DNA of 64,000 nucleotides, taken from assembly GCA_965209055.1 (NCBI GenBank), contig OZ242374.1:1056001-1120000 (forward strand), in the 5' to 3' direction. Each line of letters begins with the position of its first letter. Positions within the stretch are counted from its first letter, which is position 1. This DNA comes from Acidobacteriota bacterium (GTDB lineage: Bacteria; Acidobacteriota; UBA6911; RPQK01; JAJDTT01). Positions 10,185 through 19,126 of the stretch are shown here, piece by piece. The position numbers and the translations under genes are program-made. The notes under the pieces were generated by a model. It saw only the letters and a program-made list of their open reading frames with translations. It searched no databases and was not told the DNA's origin.

Positions 10185-10365
10185 CCATTCGGGTTACGGC
10201 TCGCCTCGCGGCTCGGCGGCACCGCTCGGGGAAAGCGGAGGTGGACGGGAGCGACCCCCCTTTTTTGCCTCCCGGATCGGCAAAGCGGGGCAGGCTGATG
10301 CGCACTGACCGTGCCATCGCCTCGGGGGGTCGCTCCCGTCCCAATGATCCCTGCCGGGAAGGCCT
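10185..10365. repeat. Long stem-loop unit 1 (18-bp perfect inverted repeat 10243-10260 / 10324-10341)
   Basis: GGACGGGAGCGACCCCCC ... GGGGGGTCGCTCCCGTCC; flanks homologous to unit 2. Confidence 0.85.
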
Positions 10366-10809
10366 CTGGATCGCCTGAGCGCGTGGCGGTGCACCACGGA
10401 ACGGCGCGGTGGGCAGGCCGCCGCGTGCCAGTGCTCGTACCAGCGTCTGTGGACGGCCCCGATGGCTGGACGGAGTGATCTGGCGGATCGAACAGGCAAT
10501 CTTCTTCCAGAAATGCGGAGTGTGCTGAAAGGGACGCGGGCCGATTCGACGGCTATGGCAGCGTCAGGGCCTCGCTGAGACCGGCCATCGAGTGGCGACC
10601 AGGGGCGGAAGATCGCGCCGCCGGCGTGGAGATCGACGACGACGTTCGCGACGCTCTCGTGGCGGGCGACACGCTTGCCGGGGAGCTCATTTTGACGGGT
10701 ACAGAGCGCCCCACCGTGTCGATCCGGGAGTGTAAGGGAGACAACGGGGGCAACTTACATCATGGGAGTCTGCCAACTTACACACGCGATTTCCCCGATC
10801 TCTTTGTCG

Positions 10810-10990
10810 CTCATGCTGTTACGGCCATGTTTTCGGCTCCGCCGTGCCCGCACGGGGAAAGCGGAGGTGGAAGGGAGCGACCCCCCCTTTTTCCTGCCCG
10901 GTGCGGGCGCGGGGGTGTGGCGCAACTTACATCTGCGCCACACCCCCTGGGGGGGTCGCTCCCTTCCAAAATATCCCTGCGGGAAGCCCC
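10810..10990. repeat. Long stem-loop unit 2 (20-bp inverted repeat 10868-10887 / 10949-10968, nested 14-bp hairpin 10911-10947)
   Basis: TGGAAGGGAGCGACCCCCCC ... GGGGGGGTCGCTCCCTTCCA; nested GGGGGTGTGGCGCA/TGCGCCACACCCCC. Confidence 0.85.
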
Positions 10991-11763
10991 CGGAGAAGAA
11001 TCCGGAAGACCTGTTAGGGCTCTGCCAAGCCTCCATCCTCGACACGCGGTGCAGGATCCAGGCATGACCACAGGCGACACGTGCCACTGGGGTCCGCAGG
11101 TGCAGGTGGATCTTCGGCGTCCTCTTGGACGAGGAGTTGGACCGAACCCCGGAAGGTCTGAACTCGGAACGGCAGGCGGAGGTTCGCGTCGGGGTCCGCT
11201 CCAGGCCCAGCCCCCGATCCAGGGCCTGGCCGACGAGGCGGCCGGTGCGGGTGGTGGTGGTCCGGCCGTCGAGAGCCAGCTCCACGCCGTGGTGGCACCG
11301 GAGCAAGCGGCGGTCGAAGCGCAGGGCGCGGTTTCTCCGGCAACCCGGAACGGATGACGGACCGGGGGAACCGATCCCCCCAGACCCCTCAGTGGCGCCA
11401 GAACCCCTGGCGGCTCACCTTGCCGCCAGTGAACCTGGCGCTTCTGTTCGTCGCGCGTCCCATGAGAATGGGACCCTCACGCGGTCTCCTCGGCCTTCCA
11501 GCCGGGAGTGAGACGTTCGCCCGTTTCCGGCAGTCCTGGCCAATCGGACCCGGTCAGCTCCGAATGTCCGCCCCCAATTCCCGGAGCGCGCAGGCGCTTG
11601 AAACCTGGGAGTCGAGGCGAGAAACTCGTCCATGGAGTCCACGGACCTCCAATAGGGTCGAATGGAATCCCGTTCAGAAGGTGGGATGTAATGATGTAAC
11701 CTGCTCGGGAGAATAGATCATAACTCTATTATTATCAGATACTTAAGAGATCTTTTCCGTAGA

Positions 11764-11849
11764 GGGGACGGCAGTCCCCCCTTTACGCTTTCCAACCGCC
11801 GAATTGCCCAACAACACGCAAAGATGGGCGATTAGGAAATCGCCCCTCC
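11764..11849 (+). repeat. attR core plus right half of the composite repeat, ending in an inverted REP (GGGCGATTAGGAAATCGCCC-CTCC)
   Basis: About 59/69 identity (hand alignment) to the reverse complement of 38928-38996. Confidence 0.85.
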
Positions 11850-11888
11850 ATCCCATGGAATTATTCGCCGCGTCGTTATCAGATAGAC

Positions 11889-12992
11889 ATGAACCAGGAA
11901 TCCCGTCTCTGGCTCGCCCTGTCCCGCGTCCCCGGGATGCCCGCCCGCATCACCCGGTCCCTGATCAAGGGGGAGCGGCCGTTGTCATCTTTCTTCGGCT
12001 TGTCCAGAAAATCCCTCCAGAGCCTCCGGCTGCCTGAGAAATCCATCGGCGCCATCGTCGGCGGGTCCGCGCTCCGGACGGCCGACCGGGAAATCCGCCG
12101 GCTTCCGCGGCTGGGGCTGCAGTTGGTGACCCTGGACAGCCCCCGCTACCCTCGACTCCTCCGCCAGATTCACGATCCGCCTCCCGTCCTTTACTGTGCC
12201 GGGCGGATCGAGACCCTGTCCGGACCCTCGGTGGCTTTGGTGGGATCCCGCCGGCCCACCGTCTACGGAAAGGAGGTCAGCCGCAAGCTGGCCCGGGAAC
12301 TCTCCGCGCTGGGACTCTGCGTGGTGAGCGGACTGGCCCGCGGCGTCGATTCCCAGGCCCATTGGGGAGCCCTGCAGGCGGAAGGCGGGACCGTCGGGGT
12401 CCTGGGTTGCGGCATCGACGTGGTCTACCCCCCGGAAAACGGGGAGTTGTTTCGCCGGGTGCGGAAACAGGGTTGCCTGGTCAGCGAGTTTCCCCGCGGC
12501 AGCCCCCCGGCGCGCCACCGCTTTCCGGCCCGCAACCGGATCATCAGTGGACTGGCTCACGGGACCATCGTCACCCAGGCGGCCAAGGGGTCCGGTTCAA
12601 TCATCACCGCGAACCTCGCCCTGGAACAGGGACGGGACGTCTGGGCGGTGCCGGGAGCCATCACCCTGTCCCTGAGCTGGGGTCCCAACTGGTTGATCCA
12701 ACAGGGGGCCAAGGCGGTCCTTTCGGTCCAGGACGTGTTGGAGGAGCTTCCCCCCTCCGTACTGGGACGGCTCGAGGAAAAGAACGCCCAAGCCTCGCCG
12801 GCGCCCCGGCCCACCGCTCGGGAAGAGGCGGTGCTCGACTTGCTGGCCGTCGATTCGACGCTCCATATCGACGCCATCCTGACCCAATCGGGTCTGGACC
12901 TTTCCGGGCTCAGCGACATCCTTCTGAGTCTGGAAATCAAGGGCCTGATCCGCCAGAGTCCGGGCCGCCAGTACAGCCGGCGCCTGTCTTGA
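11889..12992 (+). CDS. dprA: DNA-processing protein DprA
   Basis: YPRLLRQIHDPPPVLY, VGSRRPT.YG, VSGLARGVD, FPARNRIISGL, SGSIITA, C-terminal winged helix. Confidence 0.96.
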   Translation: MNQESRLWLALSRVPGMPARITRSLIKGERPLSSFFGLSRKSLQSLRLPEKSIGAIVGGSALRTADREIRRLPRLGLQLVTLDSPRYPRLLRQIHDPPPVLYCAGRIETLSGPSVALVGSRRPTVYGKEVSRKLARELSALGLCVVSGLARGVDSQAHWGALQAEGGTVGVLGCGIDVVYPPENGELFRRVRKQGCLVSEFPRGSPPARHRFPARNRIISGLAHGTIVTQAAKGSGSIITANLALEQGRDVWAVPGAITLSLSWGPNWLIQQGAKAVLSVQDVLEELPPSVLGRLEEKNAQASPAPRPTAREEAVLDLLAVDSTLHIDAILTQSGLDLSGLSDILLSLEIKGLIRQSPGRQYSRRLS

Positions 12993-13102
12993 AGCTATTT
13001 TTGTTGCTCCCGGCGGAGGCGCTTGTGCTATAGAAAGGGCGGCTCGGCGGACGCCGTGGCGCCGCGGGACGCAGACTTGACGAGGAAAAGAGACTTTCGA
13101 CC

Positions 13103-15679
13103 ATGACTGATCTGGTGATTGTGGAGTCGCCCGCCAAGGCGAGAACGTTGGGGAGATACCTGGACAAGGGAACCAAGGTCGAGGCCTCGGTGGGCCACGT
13201 GCGCGACCTGCCCAAGAAGGGTCTGGGAGTGGACGTGGAGGCCGGCTTCGAGCCTGAGTACGTGACCATCGAGGGCAAGGGGTCCGTGCTCCGGAAGCTG
13301 CGGGCGGCCGCCAAACGAGCCGACCGGATTCTTCTGGCCACCGATCCGGATCGCGAGGGGGAGGCCATCGCCTACCATATCGCCCAGGAGCTGGGGGCCG
13401 GGAAGCGGGAGCACGCCGGACGCTTCCGGCGCGTGTCCTTCAACGAGATTACGCCCGGCGCCGTGAGGGCGGCCATGGAGCACCCCGGCGAAATCGACAC
13501 GGACCGGGTCGACGCCCAGCAGGCCCGCCGCGTGCTGGACCGCCTCGTCGGATACAAGCTCTCGCCGCTGCTCTGGAAAAAGATCCGGCCCGGCCTTTCC
13601 GCGGGCCGCGTCCAGTCCGTGGCCGTCCGCCTCCTGGTGGAGCGTGAAAGGGCCCGGCGGGCGTTCCACTCGGCAATCTACTGGGACCTCAAGGCGCACT
13701 TGGCGGCGCACCGCAAGCCGTTCATCGCCGGTCTGGTGGAAGTGGACGGCCGGCGGACGGCCACGGGCCGCGACTTCGACGAGGCGACGGGCAAATTGAA
13801 GGCCGGGCGCAAGGTCCTCCTGGTCGACAAGACAATGGCGGACAGCCTCAAAAAGCGACTGACCGAAGAGACGTTCCGGGTCCAGTCGGTACAGAAAAAG
13901 CAATTCCGGACCAATCCGGCCCCCCCTTTCACCACAGCCACCCTGCAACAGGAGGCCAACCGCAAGCTGAATCTGGGCTCGCGGGAGACCATGCGGCTGG
14001 CGCAACGGCTCTACGAACGAGGTTTGATCACCTACATGCGGACCGACTCGGTCAACCTCGCGGGCGATGCCATCTCCCAGATCCGTTCCACCGTCAAGGC
14101 GCGCTACGGGTCCGAGTACCTGAGTCCCCAGCCGCGGCGTTACCGGACCCGCTCCAGTTCGGCCCAGGAAGCCCACGAAGCGATTCGTCCGGCCGGGGCC
14201 GACATGAATACGGCGGCCGAGCTCCGTCTCTTGGGAAAAGAGCGGTCGCTGTATGAACTCGTGTGGCGGAGGGCCGTGGCGACGCAGATGGCGTCGTCGC
14301 TCCAACGCCGGGTGACCGCCATCATCGGAGCGGCCGAGGCCAGATTTCGCGCCCGGGGCAAGACCATCGAGTTCCCGGGTTTTCTCCGAGCCTACGTGGA
14401 AGGGTCCGACGACCCGGAGGCGGTGTTGGAAGACCAGGAGATCCTCCTGCCGGACCTGGTGGAAGGGCAGGAATTGGATCTCAACAAGCTGGAGAGCTTC
14501 GAGCGGCGCACCAGGCCGCCCGCCCGCTACACGGAAGCTTCGCTGGTGAAGGCCTTGGAGGAGAAGGGGATCGGCCGTCCCTCCACCTACGCGGCGATCA
14601 TTTCAACCATCCAGAATCGCGGCTATGCCGAGCTCAAGAAGAAGAATTTGCATCCGACCTTCACCGCTTTTGCCGTGACTCTCCTGATGGAGAATCATTT
14701 CCCCGATCTGGTGGACACCGGCTTCACGTCCAGAATGGAGGAGTCCCTGGACCATATCGCCCGCGGCGACATCGACTGGCGGGAGTATCTGAAGGGCTTC
14801 TACAAGGGAGAGAACGGATTCGAGGCGCGCCTGAACCAGCAGCAGGACAACATCGACCCGCGCGCCGCTTCCACCGTCGAGCTCGCCGGCCTCACGCCGC
14901 GCGTCAGGATCGGCCGGTACGGTCCCTACCTGGAAGAAGACGGCCGGGAAAAACGGCGGACGGCCCCTCTCCCGGACGGGATGCTCCCCGCCGACCTCAC
15001 CGCCGAGCAGGCGGACGAGATCCTGCGCCGCCGCGACCAGGGGCCGGTCGATCTCGGGAAGGATCCGGAGACAGGAGATTCCATCTACCTGCTGGATGGC
15101 CGTTTCGGCCATTACGTGCAACGGGGCGATACGCAGCAGGGAAAAAAGCCGCCCCGCCAAGGGCTTCCGCCGGGCACTACTCCCGAGGAAGTGACCCTGG
15201 ATCTGGCCCTGCGTCTGCTGGCGCTGCCCCGTCAGGTGGGGGAGCATCCGGATTCGGGAGAGCCGGTCAGAGCCGGCTTGGGCCGCTACGGTCCTTACGT
15301 GGTGCACAAGCGGGACTTTCGCAGCCTTGCCCCCGGGGACAACCTGTTCACCATCGGATTGGACCGGGCGCTGGAGTTGCTCTCGACCCCCAAGCGGGGC
15401 GCCAGGACCCCCATCCGGGAGATCGGAGAGCACCCGGATGACGGGGCCCCCATCGAATTGTTCAAGGGGCGCTACGGGCCGTACGTCAAGCACGGCAAGG
15501 TCAACGCCTCCATCGGGAAGGACGTCGACCCGGCCGACGTGGACCTCCCCGCCGCCCTGGAGCTCCTCAAACGGCGTCTGCAACGCGACCAGGCCCGGCG
15601 AGGCGGCCGCAGGACCCGCCGCACATCCGCCAGAGGACGCCGGACCAGCCGTCGCCGGGCATCCCGCCCGCGGCGTTGA
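13103..15679 (+). CDS. topA: DNA topoisomerase I with C-terminal Topo_C repeats
   Basis: LVIVESPAKA, ATDPDREGEAI, SAGRVQS, LITYMRTDS (catalytic Y), QEAHEAIRP, GIGRPSTY, repeated GRYGPY motifs. Confidence 0.98.
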   Translation: MTDLVIVESPAKARTLGRYLDKGTKVEASVGHVRDLPKKGLGVDVEAGFEPEYVTIEGKGSVLRKLRAAAKRADRILLATDPDREGEAIAYHIAQELGAGKREHAGRFRRVSFNEITPGAVRAAMEHPGEIDTDRVDAQQARRVLDRLVGYKLSPLLWKKIRPGLSAGRVQSVAVRLLVERERARRAFHSAIYWDLKAHLAAHRKPFIAGLVEVDGRRTATGRDFDEATGKLKAGRKVLLVDKTMADSLKKRLTEETFRVQSVQKKQFRTNPAPPFTTATLQQEANRKLNLGSRETMRLAQRLYERGLITYMRTDSVNLAGDAISQIRSTVKARYGSEYLSPQPRRYRTRSSSAQEAHEAIRPAGADMNTAAELRLLGKERSLYELVWRRAVATQMASSLQRRVTAIIGAAEARFRARGKTIEFPGFLRAYVEGSDDPEAVLEDQEILLPDLVEGQELDLNKLESFERRTRPPARYTEASLVKALEEKGIGRPSTYAAIISTIQNRGYAELKKKNLHPTFTAFAVTLLMENHFPDLVDTGFTSRMEESLDHIARGDIDWREYLKGFYKGENGFEARLNQQQDNIDPRAASTVELAGLTPRVRIGRYGPYLEEDGREKRRTAPLPDGMLPADLTAEQADEILRRRDQGPVDLGKDPETGDSIYLLDGRFGHYVQRGDTQQGKKPPRQGLPPGTTPEEVTLDLALRLLALPRQVGEHPDSGEPVRAGLGRYGPYVVHKRDFRSLAPGDNLFTIGLDRALELLSTPKRGARTPIREIGEHPDDGAPIELFKGRYGPYVKHGKVNASIGKDVDPADVDLPAALELLKRRLQRDQARRGGRRTRRTSARGRRTSRRRASRPRR

Positions 15680-15710
15680 CCCGCTGAGGAATCAGGGCTG
15701 GAGGTTGTCG

Positions 15711-16730
15711 CTACTTGCCGTAGAGCAGGTAGCAGCTCCGGCAGGCCTGCGGGTAGTCTCCGCTGACGAAGCCGCCGCGAAAACTCCGGAACGAGGGGTC
15801 GTTCCAGACCTCCATGAAAGTCTGCTTGCGAATGTCGCCGTAGAAGAGGGAGGAGGGAGGTTCGAGCCGTCCCTCGAAATACCGGCTCACGTGGTGCCCG
15901 AAATGGCAACAGGGGGCCATTCTGCCCTCGTAGGAGAAATAGACCGACTCGAGAGGCGTGGCCAGGCAGTGGCGCGGAGTCATCCGGGAAGTCATGGGGA
16001 ACTCGGAATGGAGCGCGACCTCGATGCCCGACCCCCGAGCCCGCTCCAGGAGCCGGGAGATGCGGCTTTCCAGGTCTTCCAGAGAGCCGGAGCCGGCGGA
16101 ACCCGGTTCCAGGCGATACTTCAGGAAGCTCTGTTCCCAGTCCCAGGAATTGGAGACCACGTTCAACTGCTTCAAATGGAGCACGCGGGCCCCGCACGAC
16201 TCCATCCAGGGAAGCACCAGGTCCAGTTCGCGGGCATTCTGCTCCTGAACGGTGAAGGCGATCCCCAGCAGCAGGGAACTGCCCGTCTCTCTCACCAGCC
16301 GGGCGAACTCCGTCACCTTCTTCGTGACCGTCTCGAAGGAGGCCCCCAGGCGGATGCTGTCGTAGGTCGCTTCCGTCATGCCGTCCACCGAGACGGTGAG
16401 CCGGTCCATCCCCGCCTCGATCAGGGCCGACGAATTCCGCCGGTTCAGGATGGTCCCGTTGGTGGTCATGCTGGTGACGCATCCCTGCTCCTTGGCCATG
16501 CGCACCATCCGGTAGATCTCCCGGTGCAGCATGGGTTCTCCCCAGCCGGTGAAATCCACCGTATGGGCGTAGACCATGTCCCGGCGAATTCTGAGATAGG
16601 TGTCCATGGACATGTCCAGATGGGGATCCTCACTGGAGAAACGGGGACACATCTCGCATTCCAGGTTGCAGCGGAAGGTCGGCTCCAGGTTGAAGGAGAC
16701 GAATCGGCTGGATGGGTTGGGACCGTTCAT
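15711..16730 (-). CDS. Radical SAM protein with SPASM/twitch domain
   Basis: CNLECEMC (CxxxCxxC), GWGEP, TTNG, VSVDG; C-terminal C...PCC...GDI...W...CRSC. Confidence 0.9.
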   Translation of the reverse strand: MNGPNPSSRFVSFNLEPTFRCNLECEMCPRFSSEDPHLDMSMDTYLRIRRDMVYAHTVDFTGWGEPMLHREIYRMVRMAKEQGCVTSMTTNGTILNRRNSSALIEAGMDRLTVSVDGMTEATYDSIRLGASFETVTKKVTEFARLVRETGSSLLLGIAFTVQEQNARELDLVLPWMESCGARVLHLKQLNVVSNSWDWEQSFLKYRLEPGSAGSGSLEDLESRISRLLERARGSGIEVALHSEFPMTSRMTPRHCLATPLESVYFSYEGRMAPCCHFGHHVSRYFEGRLEPPSSLFYGDIRKQTFMEVWNDPSFRSFRGGFVSGDYPQACRSCYLLYGK

Positions 16731-16769
16731 GACTCGGCGCCCCCTGACCGATGGGGAGCGAATTCCGTC

Positions 16770-17132
16770 TTAAAATAACAGAGAGACGGTGTTGGACGTC
16801 TTGCCCTTGCCGTTCTGGTTGAATCCCCGAACCCGGTACGAGAAGGCTCCGGTGACGTACTTGCCGATCTCGTCCCTGTACCGGGACGAGTTGGCGCCCA
16901 CGATCCCGACGACCCGAAACTCGGACCCGCTGTCGGAGCGGAGAATTTCGAACCCCAATTCATTGTCGGAACGGTCTTTCCAGGTCAGCTCGGTGGTGGC
17001 CATGGCGCCCTTGAAGCGCTTGACGCCCTTGAGATCGGTCGGCGCTTCGGGGGGCTCGCCCGGCGCTGCCAGGGCCGCACCCGGAGCGATCCAGAACAGA
17101 AGCCACGAGACCAATACCGCTCTACGCCTCAT
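16770..17132 (-). CDS. Secreted fibronectin type III-like domain protein
   Basis: Signal peptide; PEAPTDL, LTWKDRSDNELGFEILRS, YRVRGFNQNG.SN. Confidence 0.8.
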   Translation of the reverse strand: MRRRAVLVSWLLFWIAPGAALAAPGEPPEAPTDLKGVKRFKGAMATTELTWKDRSDNELGFEILRSDSGSEFRVVGIVGANSSRYRDEIGKYVTGAFSYRVRGFNQNGKGKTSNTVSLLF

Positions 17133-17247
17133 CGTTACGTCTCCCTTGTTCTCAGGTGTGATTCCAGTCTACTACGGAAGAGAAGTCTTGGCTTTACAGG
17201 CAGGCTTCCGCTCGGCTATTTTGCACTGAGCCGATCGGAATTGATCG

Positions 17248-17823
17248 ATGCAGACCCCTCCCGTCTACTACCCCGTATTCCTGGATCTTCGAGGCCGTTC
17301 CTGCCTGGTGATCGGAGACGGGGAGTTGGCCGAAGAGAAGGCGAGGAGCCTGGAGGAAGCTGGAGCCCGGGTTCTGCGTTCCCGCACCTTCGATCCGGAG
17401 GTCAGCGACGTTTTCCTGATCGTGGCCGCCACCTCCGATACCGGTCTCGGCCGCCGGATCAAGGAGTTCGCCGACCGGAAGGGAATCCTGGTCAACGTGG
17501 TCGACCAGACACCCAACTGCGGTTTCATCGTCCCGGCCATCGCCCGGCGCGGAGACCTGGTTCTGGCCATTTCGACATCCGGCAGGAGCCCGGCCCTGGC
17601 GCGCAAGATCCGGAAACAGCTCGAGGCGCAGTTCGGACCCGAGTACGCGGACCTGGTCCAGGCGCTGGGAGAGGTTCGGCCGCTGGTCAAAAAGCGCCTG
17701 AATTCCTTTCGGGAGCGGAGTGAGTACTATAATCGGATGGTGAGAGATCCGGACCTTCTGGAAATCGCCCGGCGCCGCGGTGTGGCGGCGGTCCGGTCCC
17801 GGCTGGAGGAAAACCTGCAATGA
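17248..17823 (+). CDS. Precorrin-2 dehydrogenase/sirohydrochlorin ferrochelatase (CysG N-terminal/SirC-like)
   Basis: YYPVFLDLRGRSCLVIGDG, VNVVD...CGFIVPA, AISTSGRSPALARKIR. Confidence 0.9.
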   Translation: MQTPPVYYPVFLDLRGRSCLVIGDGELAEEKARSLEEAGARVLRSRTFDPEVSDVFLIVAATSDTGLGRRIKEFADRKGILVNVVDQTPNCGFIVPAIARRGDLVLAISTSGRSPALARKIRKQLEAQFGPEYADLVQALGEVRPLVKKRLNSFRERSEYYNRMVRDPDLLEIARRRGVAAVRSRLEENLQ

Positions 17824-18626
17824 AGATTCTCCGGCCACGAACCGGACGCGTCGTCCTGGTGGGCGCCGGTCCCGGCGATCCGGAACTGCTGACGGTCAAG
17901 GCGGTTCGTTGCCTGAGCCGGGCCGACGTGGTCATCTACGACCGGCTCGTCGATTCCCAGGTCCTGGAACTGATTCCCGAATCCGCCGAGGCCATTCCGG
18001 TGGGAAAGAAGGGGGGGCACTACGGCTTTCCCCAGGAGAAGATCCATGAGCTGATGGTGTCCCGGGCACGCGCCGGCAAGGAGGTGGTCCGCCTCCAGGG
18101 AGGAGACCCTCTCATCTTCGGGCGGGGCGGGGAAGAGATGGACTACCTGTCGGCTCACGGCGTCCCCTTCGAGATCGTCCCCGGGGTCAGCGCCGCTTTC
18201 GGAGTCCCCACGGCCGCCGGAATTCCCCTGACTCACCGGGAGCTCTCCTCCTCCGTGCTGGTCCTGAGCGGTCATCGCGCTTCGGGGTCGGACCTGGACC
18301 GGTCCTGGACCCTCGCCGCCCGGGCCGACACCGTCGTTTTCCTCATGCCCCTAGGCAACCTCAAGCAGATCATCTCCCAGTTGGTGCTTCATGGACGGCC
18401 GCTGGACACGCCGGCCGCCGTCATCGGATCGGGCACCCTGGAGCGGCAGCAGGAGGCCAACGGGACCCTGAGAAACATCGTCGGGCGGACCCGGACCGCG
18501 GACATTCGCTCGCCCGCTCTTCTGGTGGTCGGAGAGGTGGTTCGTTTCCAGGCCTTGAAGCGAAGTTCGGCGGAGAGCCCGCCCCGGGTCGAGACCGAAC
18601 TGGCGGCCACCGGCAAGAAGCCCTGA
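17820..18626 (+). CDS. cobA: Uroporphyrinogen-III C-methyltransferase
   Basis: VGAGPGDPELLTVKA, YDRLV, RLQGGDPLIFGRGGEE, VPGVSAA, GIPLTHR. Confidence 0.95.
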   Translation: MKILRPRTGRVVLVGAGPGDPELLTVKAVRCLSRADVVIYDRLVDSQVLELIPESAEAIPVGKKGGHYGFPQEKIHELMVSRARAGKEVVRLQGGDPLIFGRGGEEMDYLSAHGVPFEIVPGVSAAFGVPTAAGIPLTHRELSSSVLVLSGHRASGSDLDRSWTLAARADTVVFLMPLGNLKQIISQLVLHGRPLDTPAAVIGSGTLERQQEANGTLRNIVGRTRTADIRSPALLVVGEVVRFQALKRSSAESPPRVETELAATGKKP

Positions 18627-18784
18627 CAGCCCGTGGCAAAAGTCGTCACGGCATTCGACCGTCCCTGCATCCCGGCGGACTGCGTTGCGATTCGGGCACA
18701 TACTCCTGGTATGCACCCGAATCGCGCCTTGTCCGGCGGGCGCAGGAACGGTCTCGGTGCTCGCGAGACTTTCGCCACGGACTG
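18627..18784. mobile_element. MITE copy 1 (158 bp; TIRs CAGCCCGTGGCAAAAGTC / GACTTTCGCCACGGACTG; flanks CTGA / TTGA)
   Basis: Imperfect terminal inverted repeats, internal hairpin, strong similarity to 24535-24693. Confidence 0.85.
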
Positions 18785-18808
18785 TTGACGCAGACGCCGG
18801 CCGCCCGG

Positions 18809-19105
18809 CTACTGGACCCGGTCCGTCACCGGGTCCATGTCCTCCATGATGATCGATTCCCGGGCGGCGAAATCCTGCAACTGGGTCCTGAGCTTCTCGT
18901 TGAGCAGAACCATGGATCGGATGCTCTGGTAGTTCAAGGGCTCCTTCTTCCCGTCATCGTTCACGACGAACGGGGGATTCGCCTGCACCAGAAAGGCGAT
19001 GAGCTGAATCAGGAAGTTGCACTCTCCGGCCGACAGGCGCCAACTGTAGTCGCGATTCAGAAACTCTTGAATCCGGCGTTGCTGTTCGATTTTGGTCTGG
19101 TCCAT
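18809..19105 (-). CDS. Hypothetical protein (98 aa)
   Basis: ATG start, protein-like composition, follows 19127-19744 in the same orientation. Confidence 0.7.
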   Translation of the reverse strand: MDQTKIEQQRRIQEFLNRDYSWRLSAGECNFLIQLIAFLVQANPPFVVNDDGKKEPLNYQSIRSMVLLNEKLRTQLQDFAARESIIMEDMDPVTDRVQ

Positions 19106-19126
19106 AGGGGGCTCTTTCCGCCGCTT

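Larger units (their letters stand above)
8605..11773. mobile_element. Small degenerate integrative element carrying a P4-type integrase, bounded by the 10-bp direct repeat GGGGACGGCA
   Basis: Direct repeats at 8605-8614 and 11764-11773; AT-rich segments inside both ends; integrase begins ~150 bp inside the left end; removing it rebuilds a repeat found elsewhere in the window. Confidence 0.8.

Noticed and set aside
10553-11716. Short ORFs inside the integrase element as real cargo genes
   Set aside because: Low-complexity translations, conflicting frames and early stops; treated as decayed sequence
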